DNA of 33,512 nt. It comes from Bdellovibrionales bacterium. Its GTDB lineage: Bacteria > Bdellovibrionota > Bdellovibrionia > Bdellovibrionales > JAMPXM01. The notes under the pieces are model-generated. The model was given only the letters and a program-made list of their open reading frames with translations. It was not told the DNA's origin and did no database searches. The stretch spans positions 1 to 33,512 of the forward strand of contig JAYVXN010000406.1 of NCBI GenBank assembly GCA_043785085.1, written 5' to 3'. The position numbers and the translations under genes were made by a program. This document shows positions 17,273-28,095 of this stretch, piece by piece; position 1 is the first letter of the stretch; every line of letters starts with the position of its first letter.

Positions 17273-18023
17273 GTAGGATTAGGCTGATTTGTCGTCCGGA
17301 TTTTTCACGGTCGCGGCGAAACGAGTGAAAGTCTTTACTCGTAAAGGTGTCACCATTCAGAGTTTGGATCTGTTTCTCCGGAATACCCGTGATGCAAAGC
17401 TGGGCTTTGGCGATCGTGGTCAGGTCAACATAGTTTTTTGTTGGATCTCCATGTGGATGCAAAATACTCGCTCGCTGATCGGTGCGTACTTTTATATAAG
17501 CACTTTGCAGTTGCATACCGACATCTTTACTCACTTCAAAACTCTCTTGCCGAATATGCGGGCCAATTAAGGCGTAGAAATTCTGAGGCAAGTAGCCTTC
17601 AACTAAAAGCTTAGTCATTGTCTGCACCAAGATCTCTTGCTCAATTCCGCGCCAGCCGGCATGAACAGCAGCAATCACGCGATCGGTAGGTGAGTACAAC
17701 AGCACCGGAATACAATCTGCCGTGCGCACACAAAGCGCGACACCGCGAACGGAAGTGAAATGTGCATCGACCTTATTATTCGCATCGGTATAAAAACTGG
17801 TTTTTCCGTGTAGATACAGATCGCTGATTGAAACATTTGCTACTTTGTTTGAATGAATTTGATTCATGAAGTGAAAACTTACACCCGGTAGGAACTTATA
17901 TGGTTCTGGCGTGTCTGAGAGAGAATTGCCGAAAAATGCCGTACAAAATTCAGATTGATAAAGCTGCCCGAGAGAATTTTCTTCAAGATGAAATTTCGGT
18001 AGAACCAAATCGTTAGCGATCAT
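17265..18023 (-). CDS. pgeF: Peptidoglycan editing factor / purine nucleoside phosphorylase (YfiH family)
   Basis: 'QIHS', 'TADCIPVLL', 'AVHAGWRG', 'IGPHI' and 'SFRR....GRQ'. It follows rluD. Confidence 0.92.
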   Translation of the reverse strand: MIANDLVLPKFHLEENSLGQLYQSEFCTAFFGNSLSDTPEPYKFLPGVSFHFMNQIHSNKVANVSISDLYLHGKTSFYTDANNKVDAHFTSVRGVALCVRTADCIPVLLYSPTDRVIAAVHAGWRGIEQEILVQTMTKLLVEGYLPQNFYALIGPHIRQESFEVSKDVGMQLQSAYIKVRTDQRASILHPHGDPTKNYVDLTTIAKAQLCITGIPEKQIQTLNGDTFTSKDFHSFRRDREKSGRQISLILLK

Positions 18024-19018
18024 TCAACATTCATCCCAAAATCACAGTGTTCAACCAGGGCTAAGAGATCTTTTGGCCAGCCCGCCCTGAAGGTCATAAA
18101 AGTTTTTGTGGTCGGATGGACAAAGCCAAGTTCCGCCGCATGAAGAGCAAAGCGCTGCATTTGTTCAATTGAGCGGCGCAGTTCCATTGATTTTAGGTTT
18201 TTTGCGCGACGAACGCCGCCGCCGTAAACTTCGTCTCCGACAATGGGATGACCCATCTCAGAGAGGTGGACACGAATTTGGTGGGTGCGGCCAGTTTCCA
18301 GTTTCAACTCCATAAGCGACAAACCGGACGGGTGTTCCTTTTTGAGAGTATAGTGTGTAATTGCGAGCTTTCCGGCTGTAGTTCCATCGGCATTTTCCTT
18401 GACGGACGCGACCCTTTTTCTATCCTCCGGATGACGCCTTAAGAAACTCTTTATATTTCCTGTCTTGTTTTTAAAAAAGCCATAGGCGATCGCCCAATAC
18501 ACTCTGTGAGACGTCTTTTTTTGAAACTGTTTAGCCAAGAATCGTTGCGATTCATCGTTCTTGGCGATCACCAAAAGACCGCTGGTGCCCTTATCAATTC
18601 GATGCACCAATCCAGGCCGCTTTTCATTGAAACCCATCGAGAGATCCGTCGTGTAGTGGAGGAGAGCATTGACCAACGTATCTTGGGCATGGCCACAGGC
18701 CGGGTGCACCACCAAGCCCGCCGGCTTGTTGACGACTATCAATTGATCATCTTCAAACACAATATCGAGCGGAAAATCATACGGGATTAAATGTTCGACT
18801 TGCGGTTCGGGGAGGTGAATTTCCAGGTCGTCCCCGACTTGCGTTTGATAGGATGCTTTCAGAGGTTTTCCGAGAAGACCGACCTTGCCGGTAGCGATCA
18901 GGCGCGAGGCTTGTGATCTTGAGCCAACCTCAGGATGGGTCGAGAGAGCTTTATCCAATCGCTGATTTGCTGTGTCTTCGGTAATTCGCCAGGAGAGCAG
19001 CTTATTTTTCAAGGCCAT
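18020..19018 (-). CDS. rluD: 23S rRNA pseudouridine synthase, RluA/RluD family
   Basis: S4 domain 'RLDKAL', 'VVNKPAGLVVHP', 'RPGLVHRIDKGTSG', 'LETGRTHQIRVH' and 'LHA..LGF.HP'. Confidence 0.93.
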   Translation of the reverse strand: MALKNKLLSWRITEDTANQRLDKALSTHPEVGSRSQASRLIATGKVGLLGKPLKASYQTQVGDDLEIHLPEPQVEHLIPYDFPLDIVFEDDQLIVVNKPAGLVVHPACGHAQDTLVNALLHYTTDLSMGFNEKRPGLVHRIDKGTSGLLVIAKNDESQRFLAKQFQKKTSHRVYWAIAYGFFKNKTGNIKSFLRRHPEDRKRVASVKENADGTTAGKLAITHYTLKKEHPSGLSLMELKLETGRTHQIRVHLSEMGHPIVGDEVYGGGVRRAKNLKSMELRRSIEQMQRFALHAAELGFVHPTTKTFMTFRAGWPKDLLALVEHCDFGMNVE

Positions 19019-19745
19019 TTTTGAAGATCTTCATATAGCTGGAGGCGACTTTGTTTTCATCAAGACCGAGGTTTTTTGCCATATTGACAATAAAACCGCG
19101 TACAAAAACCGCAGCCGGTAGATTACGATGATCATTTGCTTCAACTGCCGAAAGGTAAGAGCGACTCACTCGAGTGGCCTCACTCATTTTATCGAGACTG
19201 ACGTTTTTGTAGAGACGAATTTTCTGCAAAAAAGCTCCATCAAACTGCGTCGCAGCAGAGATTTCTGCTTCAAACTTTTCATCAACTTTATAGGTGCTCA
19301 GAGGAGTGCGACCCGCACCAGCTGCCGATTTTTGCTTTTCTGGTGATTCGCGCTTACGCATAGAAAAGTCTTGTTCCGAATCAAGGTCTAAACTATCTGG
19401 AGGAGCAAAATCCGGAAGGGCTTCGTGATCGTTTTGAATCGTGCGCGACGTCGCCTTGGCTTCAGCTCCACCGCCAAAGCCACTGGCCACCGGAGAGGCA
19501 TTCATCAAGCGCTCATCATAAATTTTACGTGACTGTTGATTGCCGAGAATTTGATAAGCTTCTTCGATCATGCGACCGAGTTCAGCGGCTTCTTCCTTGG
19601 TGAACATACTGTAGAGAGCAGGGTTGTCTTGCGAGTAAGTTCCCTTCGCCCGCTGGTAAGCACGATGAATTTCATTTTGAGGTGCGTCGGCCGACACCTC
19701 TAATATTTCGTAGTAATTTGTTGCTTCGCGATGATTTGCGCTCAT
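19002..19745 (-). CDS. J-domain-like N-terminus plus RodZ-type HTH C-terminus
   Basis: 'NYYEILEV...A...EI.RAY' and 'IEEAYQILGN...RKIYD' give a J fold, with SQD where HPD would be. The C-terminal 'GAFLQKIR...LPAAVFVRGFI..MAK.LGLD' is HTH_25-like. Confidence 0.8.
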   Translation of the reverse strand: MSANHREATNYYEILEVSADAPQNEIHRAYQRAKGTYSQDNPALYSMFTKEEAAELGRMIEEAYQILGNQQSRKIYDERLMNASPVASGFGGGAEAKATSRTIQNDHEALPDFAPPDSLDLDSEQDFSMRKRESPEKQKSAAGAGRTPLSTYKVDEKFEAEISAATQFDGAFLQKIRLYKNVSLDKMSEATRVSRSYLSAVEANDHRNLPAAVFVRGFIVNMAKNLGLDENKVASSYMKIFKNGLEK

Positions 19746-19752
19746 AGTTCAA

Positions 19753-20694
19753 CTATATCACGGCTTTAACCGATTGGGGATTAAGTAGATTTCGGGTCAT
19801 ATTTAAAAACTGGCCAACAATGCTGCTATACGGGTGCTCAACGATCAAAGGGCGTTTTTTACGAAGCGCCTGCCATACCGCATTATCATGATCGATGAAT
19901 CCCAAGTAATTCGCCTCTATGCCGAAGTATTTATGACACACACTCTTCATTGAGTGTCCTAGTTCTATATCAGACCGCGTTCTGACTTGATTGAGCAAGA
20001 GTTGAATTTGAAAACTCGAAATTTTGTGCATCAAACGAAGTCCAGCCTGAGGATCCACATCATTTATGTGCTTAATGAGATCAGCCGGTGAGCGAATACC
20101 GTGTTTGTTTCTGCCATCCATTGCGGCCTCGATCAAATTCTGAATGCCGAGTTCTTCTTCAGCCTGGCGAAGTTTACGATAAAAGCTCGACTTCATAAAA
20201 CGATACGCGTTTTCCACACTGGTCGGCTCTGGAGTTAATGCGACGATTTTTTTATCGGCTGCAAGAAAGAAGTCTAATGTCGTCTCAGAGGTGCCAGCTC
20301 CTAAATCAAGAATGACGTAAGGAGTGGGCAATGACCGTAAAGAATCAATGAGTCGAGTGCGGGCGGGAGCGCCCATATCGGCGACGTTCAGGGCATCATT
20401 GAAACCAGAAATGAAAGAGAGTCCCGGCATATCGGTCTCAACCATCACCTGGCTGAGATCCGGAACGCGCTCGCTGATAAAATCTGAAAGTGTCAGATGG
20501 GGAATTTTAGCGCCCAAGCAGGTGTGCAGATTAGCGCTACCAAGATCAAGATCAACGAGTGTTACTTTTTTTCCTAAGCGTGAAAGGCAAATGGCGAGAC
20601 TTGAGCTGATGAAGCTCTTGCCGATTCCGCCTTTGCCGCCACCCACGGCCCACACGAAATTTGGTGCTGCGACATTTGAAGTAGGAGTATTCAC
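19753..20694 (-). CDS. MinD/FlhG/ParA family P-loop ATPase
   Basis: Deviant Walker A GGGKGGIGKS, 'DLDLGSANL', 'ILDLGAGT' and 'TPEPTSVENAY.F.K'. Confidence 0.9.
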   Translation of the reverse strand: MNTPTSNVAAPNFVWAVGGGKGGIGKSFISSSLAICLSRLGKKVTLVDLDLGSANLHTCLGAKIPHLTLSDFISERVPDLSQVMVETDMPGLSFISGFNDALNVADMGAPARTRLIDSLRSLPTPYVILDLGAGTSETTLDFFLAADKKIVALTPEPTSVENAYRFMKSSFYRKLRQAEEELGIQNLIEAAMDGRNKHGIRSPADLIKHINDVDPQAGLRLMHKISSFQIQLLLNQVRTRSDIELGHSMKSVCHKYFGIEANYLGFIDHDNAVWQALRKKRPLIVEHPYSSIVGQFLNMTRNLLNPQSVKAVI

Positions 20695-20727
20695 GCTTTA
20701 TTCCACCATCGCTGTTTAGTTGGCGGC

Positions 20728-21429
20728 TCACGACTTTATGTTGCCACCATCTCTCAGCTTTTCTTCGGCTTCTGACGCGCGAATATAAAGTGCTTGGACC
20801 GCATTCCAGTCCAAAGCCAAGTTTTCTGAAAACTGCGCGCTCGTCATACGTCCTAAAACTCCAGGCTGAGGAAAGTCAGAATACTGCGGATCTCGAACCA
20901 AACGAGACTTAAGTACAGGAGAAAGAAAATCAGCGTACTCAAGAAAGCCGTCGCCGACACAAAGGTGCGGACCATGCACCAATTCTTCAATTTGCGCTAA
21001 ATTCAGAGCCTTGGTTTCACTTCGACGAGCCCATTGGTCATTTTGATTTTCAAAGCGAGCCGTATATAAAAGATTTTTATGTGCGTTCACCACCGCGAGC
21101 AGTGGCAGTTCTTTTTGCGAGACGCCGCCGGCTAAAATTTCGGTGGTATCAAATGCCATCGTTGGTAAGTTTCGCGCAAAAGCGATGGTTTTAATGGCAT
21201 TAACGGCAATGCGAATTCCAGTGAAGCTGCCCGGTCCTTTTCCGAGAGCCAGACAAGTTAAATCCTCAATTTGAACAGAGGCTGATCTCAGCGTTTCTTG
21301 GATCATGGCGGTGACGGTTTCGCTATGCGATTTTTCCCGCTTCCACAGGCGCTGGCTTAAGACCACGGCATCTCGTAAGACGGCAACGCCGCCTTCCGAG
21401 GTGCTGGTATCAAGAGCAAGGATCATCAT
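20728..21429 (-). CDS. tsaB: tRNA t6A biosynthesis protein TsaB
   Basis: 'ILALDTST', 'HSE', 'GPGSFTGIRI' and C-terminal 'LYIRASEAE'. Confidence 0.93.
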   Translation of the reverse strand: MMILALDTSTSEGGVAVLRDAVVLSQRLWKREKSHSETVTAMIQETLRSASVQIEDLTCLALGKGPGSFTGIRIAVNAIKTIAFARNLPTMAFDTTEILAGGVSQKELPLLAVVNAHKNLLYTARFENQNDQWARRSETKALNLAQIEELVHGPHLCVGDGFLEYADFLSPVLKSRLVRDPQYSDFPQPGVLGRMTSAQFSENLALDWNAVQALYIRASEAEEKLRDGGNIKS

Positions 21430-23117
21430 CCGAGATTGAAAATTCGGGTCACGTCATTGAAGAGCGCAAACACCATGAGGCCGAGCAGGAGAATCAATCC
21501 AACTTGTTGGGCAATCTCAAGCTTACGCATACTCAACGGTGCCCCTCTAAGAGCCTCAATGCTGAAGAACAACAAGTGGCCACCATCGAGTACCGGAACA
21601 GGTAGAAGATTTAAGATAAACAAATTGATTGAGATGATGGCCATCATGACCAAAAACGCCGAAAGACCGTTTGCCCATGAGCGCTTGGCCATTTGCCCAA
21701 TGGACAAAAAGCCACCGATGTTCTTTGCCGACACCTCATTTTGAAACAGGCGAACAAAGCTTAAAACAGTGATGCTGGTCCAGCGGAAGGTCTGCGAAAA
21801 CCCTTTGGCTACGGCATCGACTGGGTTTGAGGTGCGCCATTCAAATGTTTGTGGAAGGGAATCATATACCAGAGGACTGATACCAATTTCAAAACGCTTT
21901 TCTTCTTTACCCTGGCTCGTCATACGGGTGTTGAGGTTTGGCAGAACCCCAATTTCAAGAGGCTTGCCGTCACGAACTAAACTCACACTCAGTGTCTTAT
22001 CTTCAGACGGGTGGCTACGAATGACTTTTGCAACTTCTTCAAACATTTGCACGGGTTTACCATCAACACCGGTGATTTTATCGCCGACTTGCAGGCCCGC
22101 CTTCATCGCCGGAGAATTTTTCTCCAAGCGGGCAATATACAACTCAGGGACTTCAATCCCCACAGCTTTCATTGCTTCTTCGCCATGTAGTGCTTTGGCC
22201 GTTGCCGGAACCGGTAGCTCAAGGCTAATCGGTGGATTTTCTTTACCTTCTAAAATTCCGCGAATCACCGATAACTTGATTTTATCTCCGGTTAGAGCTT
22301 TATCAAATTCCGGTACCAGCTCGCGCCATTTATCAATCTTCTGACCATTGATTTCGGCAATCTGATCGCCAGTCTTTAGACCCGCAAGGGCCGCCGGAGT
22401 TTCCGGTGAAATAACGCCGATGGCACTGGCTCGTGAATTCAGGCTGAGCCCTTGAATTTCACCGACATAACTGTCCCAGCTGAGCACATTCTTATTTTTA
22501 ACAGTTTTAGGAGTGACATTGATTTGCTCATCTTGAGTTGAGCCTTCATGCTGCAAGGTCACGGCAACTGGCTTCTCACCATTGCCCTCAACGGCCTTTT
22601 GAACGTCATCCCAACTCATCACTGGCTGCGCATTGACACTGACAATGCGATCGCCCGGATGGAAGCCTGCTTTGGCCGCGGCCGAGCCAGCTTCCACATC
22701 ACCCACGCGCGGTGAAAACATTTGTTCACCCGAAAACGCCACCAACATAAACAAGAGAACCGCAAAGAAAAAATTCATCAGTGGCCCGGCCAGAACGATG
22801 CTGATCCGTTGGCCCACTGGCTTGTGCGTGAATGAAAAGGATTTTTGATCCTCTTGAATCTGTGCGCTTGGATCATCACCAAACATCTTCACGTATCCAC
22901 CCAGCGGAATCGCCGACACCGCATACGTGGTATCGCCGCGCTTAAAGCGAAAAATCTTGGGCCCAAACCCAAGGCTGAAGACTTCAACGCGAACCTTGAA
23001 ATACTTCGCAACAAGAAAGTGTCCGAGCTCGTGAACAAAAATCAGAAGTCCTAAAAGCACGATCATCGGGACAGCATAGGAAAGGCTATTTTGCAGATGG
23101 CTAATAATTGTTTCCAT
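21426..23117 (-). CDS. rseP: RIP metalloprotease RseP with three PDZ domains
   Basis: HELGH, 'PLGGYVKM', 'AGPLMN', 'NLLPVPVLDGGH', and three 'S/TxA..AG...GD.I..(V/I)(N/D)' PDZ repeats. Confidence 0.96.
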   Translation of the reverse strand: METIISHLQNSLSYAVPMIVLLGLLIFVHELGHFLVAKYFKVRVEVFSLGFGPKIFRFKRGDTTYAVSAIPLGGYVKMFGDDPSAQIQEDQKSFSFTHKPVGQRISIVLAGPLMNFFFAVLLFMLVAFSGEQMFSPRVGDVEAGSAAAKAGFHPGDRIVSVNAQPVMSWDDVQKAVEGNGEKPVAVTLQHEGSTQDEQINVTPKTVKNKNVLSWDSYVGEIQGLSLNSRASAIGVISPETPAALAGLKTGDQIAEINGQKIDKWRELVPEFDKALTGDKIKLSVIRGILEGKENPPISLELPVPATAKALHGEEAMKAVGIEVPELYIARLEKNSPAMKAGLQVGDKITGVDGKPVQMFEEVAKVIRSHPSEDKTLSVSLVRDGKPLEIGVLPNLNTRMTSQGKEEKRFEIGISPLVYDSLPQTFEWRTSNPVDAVAKGFSQTFRWTSITVLSFVRLFQNEVSAKNIGGFLSIGQMAKRSWANGLSAFLVMMAIISINLFILNLLPVPVLDGGHLLFFSIEALRGAPLSMRKLEIAQQVGLILLLGLMVFALFNDVTRIFNLG

Positions 23118-23271
23118 AGACTTTTATTTTACGTTTTTCCGGGGCTCCGGAGCTACTCTTTTTTTAGAGAACTGACTCTTCGTACGGAAAACACGGACTA
23201 AAACTTCATGCGTCAATGGCTGTAACGTCTTCAATTGAGATTATTTAAGCGAGTTTAACTCAATCAAGTAA

Positions 23272-23286
23272 TTTTGACAGTCAAAA
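23272..23286. promoter_or_regulatory. Palindromic site downstream of cdsA
   Basis: TTTTGAC-A-GTCAAAA inverted repeat. Function unknown. Confidence 0.3.
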
Positions 23287-23298
23287 CGAGGCTTTTTT

Positions 23299-24114
23299 TC
23301 AGCGAGCTGTCAGAAAACTGACGATGAAGAAGTACACGGGTGCCGCAAAAAAGACGCCGTCAACTCGATCGAGCATACCGCCATGACCCGGCATAATACC
23401 GCCAGAGTCTTTCACATCCGCCACGCGCTTAATCAGAGATTCAAAGAGGTCTCCCGTTTGCGCAAAAACTCCCGTCAGCAAGGCCAATAAAGCTAAGCTC
23501 AAAGGGTTCAACTGCGGAAAATAAAGAGAACCACAAAGTGTGCCGATCAAAACTGAACCAATCAGGCCGCCAATAGCGCCTTCGATGGTTTTCTTCGGCG
23601 AAACGGTACCGAGTAAAGTGCGCTTTCCGAACGCGCGCCCAGAAAAAAACGCAAAAGTATCGCCTATAAAGACGACCACCAGCAAGCCAATGAGCCAAAT
23701 AGGCCCATCAGAAAATTCCAAAGTCTTAGTTGCCAGCGCTGGAAAGAGCCCACAATAGATAAAGCCGAGAGCCGCCGCGCTCTGTATCTGTAAAATTTTG
23801 CTTAATTCGATATGCCGGCCCATTTGCAGAAGAATAATTCCAAAAAAAGCGGCACAAGCCAGGATTGCAGCGCCAAACGCCGCCATCGGCGTCAGCCAAA
23901 CCACGGAGAAATAAACAGTTGCGCACAAAATAAAAAATAGACTTCGTAGCGCGAGAAAAAGATCAGATTTTTTGATCATGAGACGGGTATATTCGTAGAT
24001 GCAAGCTAAGGTCACAAAAGTACAGACGATGTAGAGTCCGGTGCCTTTTAAAAAGATCGCGAAACTCAGTAGAATCACCAGTGCAGTAAAAGCAGAAACT
24101 AAGCGCGTTTTCAT
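23299..24114 (-). CDS. cdsA: Phosphatidate cytidylyltransferase
   Basis: 'DTFAFFSGRAFG', 'SPKKTIEG' and 'GDLFESLIKR...VKDSG..MPGHGGMLDRVD'. Confidence 0.96.
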   Translation of the reverse strand: MKTRLVSAFTALVILLSFAIFLKGTGLYIVCTFVTLACIYEYTRLMIKKSDLFLALRSLFFILCATVYFSVVWLTPMAAFGAAILACAAFFGIILLQMGRHIELSKILQIQSAAALGFIYCGLFPALATKTLEFSDGPIWLIGLLVVVFIGDTFAFFSGRAFGKRTLLGTVSPKKTIEGAIGGLIGSVLIGTLCGSLYFPQLNPLSLALLALLTGVFAQTGDLFESLIKRVADVKDSGGIMPGHGGMLDRVDGVFFAAPVYFFIVSFLTAR

Positions 24115-24896
24115 CAGGGAAGCGGTCGAGCCAATGGCATTCGTGAAGGCAGCATCTCGACTGGTTCACTGCCGCGTTCGGCACCACTCAATTGGGCAGT
24201 CGTTTTGCCGAACCGGCGCTCACGGCGTGAGTAGAACTCAAAAGCTTGCAAAAGTTCTTCGTCGACAAAGTCAGGCCAGAGCGTGTCGGTGATATACAAT
24301 TCAGAGTAGGCCGCTTGCCAGAGTAAAAAATTCGACAAGCGATGTTCGCCACTTGTGCGAATAATAAGATCTGGGTCTGGCATGTGCGCAGTTTCAAGCT
24401 GCGAGGCAATCATTTTTTCATCAACGGCATCCGCTGCCAATTTCCCAGAGGCAATCTGTGCGGCGATCCGCTGAACGGCAGTCGTGATCTCTTGGCGACT
24501 TCCGTAGCTCAAAGCAAAGATCAGATTCATTCCAGTATTATTGCGAGTCTCGGTGATGGTGCGTTCAACTTCGACTTGAACCGCAGCCGGGAGGCGCTCG
24601 AATGTTCCCACGGTTGAAAAACGAATATTGTTTTCCAACAGAGTTTTTCGTTCACGGCGCAAATGTCGAGCCAAAAGGCCCATCAAAAACGCCACCTCGC
24701 GCTTGGGACGAAACCAGTTTTCAGTGCTGAAAGCGTAGAGAGTGAGATATTGCACACCCAGAGCCGCGCAACGCTCGATTGTGGTGCGGGCGATTCGGGC
24801 GCCACGAAGGTGCCCAAACGTCCGCTCACGGCCACGGGACTCAGCCCATCTGCCGTTACCATCCATAATAATTGCGAGGTGCCCCGGAATCTTCAA
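24114..24896 (-). CDS. uppS: Undecaprenyl diphosphate synthase
   Basis: 'HLAIIMDGNGRWA', 'YAFSTENW.RP', 'DLIIRTSGE.RLSNFLLWQ' and 'RRFG'. TTG start. Confidence 0.97.
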   Translation of the reverse strand: MKIPGHLAIIMDGNGRWAESRGRERTFGHLRGARIARTTIERCAALGVQYLTLYAFSTENWFRPKREVAFLMGLLARHLRRERKTLLENNIRFSTVGTFERLPAAVQVEVERTITETRNNTGMNLIFALSYGSRQEITTAVQRIAAQIASGKLAADAVDEKMIASQLETAHMPDPDLIIRTSGEHRLSNFLLWQAAYSELYITDTLWPDFVDEELLQAFEFYSRRERRFGKTTAQLSGAERGSEPVEMLPSRMPLARPLP

Positions 24897-24912
24897 TGTG
24901 CTTAACCCTTTA

Positions 24913-25479
24913 CTAGATGGTCATGATCTCTTTTTCTTTTTCGCCCGCAGCCTTATCGACTTTCTCAGTATATTGATCAGTCATTTTTTGGATTTCATCT
25001 TGCGCCCGTTTATTATCATCTTGGCTGATGGCTTTATCTTTTTCAGCCTTTTTTAAAGCTTCATTGGCATCCCGGCGAGCCATACGGATGGCAACCTTGG
25101 CGTCTTCAACGAGTTTCTTGGTGCTTTTCACCAGATCGCGACGACGCTCTTCGGTCAAATCCGGAAGCTTCAAACGGATGACTTTGCCGTCATTGATCGG
25201 GCTCATGCCAACATCGCTTTTTACCAATGCCGCTTCGATTTCTTTCAGCATCGGAGTTTCCCACGGTGCAATCATAAAGCTTTTCGCATCTGGAGTCGAA
25301 ATCGCACTCACCTGACTCAGCGGAGTCGGCGTACCGTAATAATTGACGCGAACATTGTCCAACATTGAAACCTGAGCGCGACCAGTGCGAACTTTTTTAA
25401 GTTCGCCGGCGAGTGCCGTCAGCGCTTTGTCCATCTCATTTTTCGCGTTAGTTTTTGCTGTATTCACCGCTGTACTCAC
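24913..25479 (-). CDS. frr: Ribosome recycling factor
   Basis: 'RTGRA', 'YYGTPTPL.QV', 'LTEERR' and 'KEKEIM'. Confidence 0.97.
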   Translation of the reverse strand: MSTAVNTAKTNAKNEMDKALTALAGELKKVRTGRAQVSMLDNVRVNYYGTPTPLSQVSAISTPDAKSFMIAPWETPMLKEIEAALVKSDVGMSPINDGKVIRLKLPDLTEERRRDLVKSTKKLVEDAKVAIRMARRDANEALKKAEKDKAISQDDNKRAQDEIQKMTDQYTEKVDKAAGEKEKEIMTI

Positions 25480-25515
25480 GATAGTTGTCTCCTAAAAATG
25501 CGGCTGTTGCGCACT

Positions 25516-26895
<1,380 letters not shown>

Positions 26896-26896
<1 letters not shown>

Positions 26897-27822
26897 TACC
26901 CTTCTGTTGGCTCGTCGGTCTTTTTAGTCGTTTCTTCTTCTAATTCCTGCTGAATTTCGACTTCATCAGCAAGACCGGCAGCAACGAGTTTACGAGTTTT
27001 ATTGGCTTTAATAACAGCGGGACCGGCGCCTTTTTTCTCAACTGGAGCAGCAGCGCGTTCACCTTTTTGCGGCTTCTCAGCGACCATTTCTTTTTCGAGG
27101 TCAGAGGCTTTGTCTGACTGCTGACGCAATTTCGACTCATAAATCTTCGCGCCTTCCATGAAAGAATCAGCAACGAGATTTGAGAATAATTTAATTGAGC
27201 GAATGGCATCGTCGTTTCCAGGAATCGGATATTCGATGGCCTCAGGATCAACGTTTGTGTCAGCGATACCAACAACGGGAATGCCCAGGCGTTTGGCTTC
27301 AGCAACGGCGATATGCTCTTTGTTCAAATCAACAACGAACATCATTGCCGGAGAATCTTTCATATCGCGGATACCATCGAGATAATCAACCAGACGTGTG
27401 TATTCCTTTTCGATGCCAGCACGCTCTTTTTTTGAGAAGAAATCGAGCTCACCTTTTTCACGCATCTGATCGATTTTCTTCAAACGATCAATAGAAGCTT
27501 TGATGGTCGTGAAGTTTGTCAGCATGCCACCGAGCCAACGCTTGGTCACATGGAACTGACCGCACTTTTTAGCGGCCTCTTGAATCGGTTCAATGGCTTG
27601 TTTTTTAGTGCCGACGAAAATCAGACGGCCGCCGTTTGAGGCGATCTCGTGAACCGCATCAGCGGCTTTTTTTGCCAGAACAACCGACTTGTGTAAGTCG
27701 ATGATGTGGATTCCGCCACGTGCTGTGAACACATAGGGTTTCATTTTTGGATTCCAGCGCTGTGTCTGGTGACCGAAGTGAACGCCAGCATCAAGCATGG
27801 CTTTCATAGTAATCTGAGCCAT
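26896..27822 (-). CDS. rpsB: 30S ribosomal protein S2
   Basis: 'AGVHFGHQT.RWNPKM', 'FVGTKKQA', 'RWLGGMLTN' and 'IPGNDDAIRS'. Confidence 0.98.
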
Positions 27823-27940
27823 AAGGCCCTCCTTATTGTGGTTTTGGGTACGAAATCGTACCCCCGCCTTCCCGATAGACGTTTTTTAAAGACGTCGACC
27901 TCATTTCTGAGGACCATTGGAGTACAGGAAGTGTGTCGTT
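27823..27940 (-). promoter_or_regulatory. Structured rpsB 5' leader (candidate S2 autoregulatory element)
   Basis: Hairpins GGGTACG/CGTACCC (27846-27863), GACGT/ACGTC (27878-27896) and CCTCA/TGAGG (27899-27912). An outer CTTCC/GGAAG pairing encloses the latter two. SD is AAGGAGG. Confidence 0.5.
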
Positions 27941-28095
27941 AATTAACAAGAGCTATTTTATTAAAAAAGCTGCGCAAAACCTAACATGTGTGGCCATTCA
28001 GGGGCAACCGATTTTCCTATGGAAGGTGGCTCTTGCGTTGATTCCTCACGAAAGATGCGAAGATCCGTCGCACACACGACACACGGCGTTAATAA

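Noticed and set aside
4851-19018. bamD lying near rluD-pgeF as in E. coli, suggesting an inserted island between them
   Set aside because: The orientation differs from the E. coli divergent layout, the intervening genes include core functions, and there is no integrase or flanking repeat.
21769-22344. 191-aa + strand ORF, and similar ORFs at 25681-26202, 20324-20719 and 4454-4858
   Set aside because: They are antisense shadows of well-supported genes and carry no recognisable motifs.
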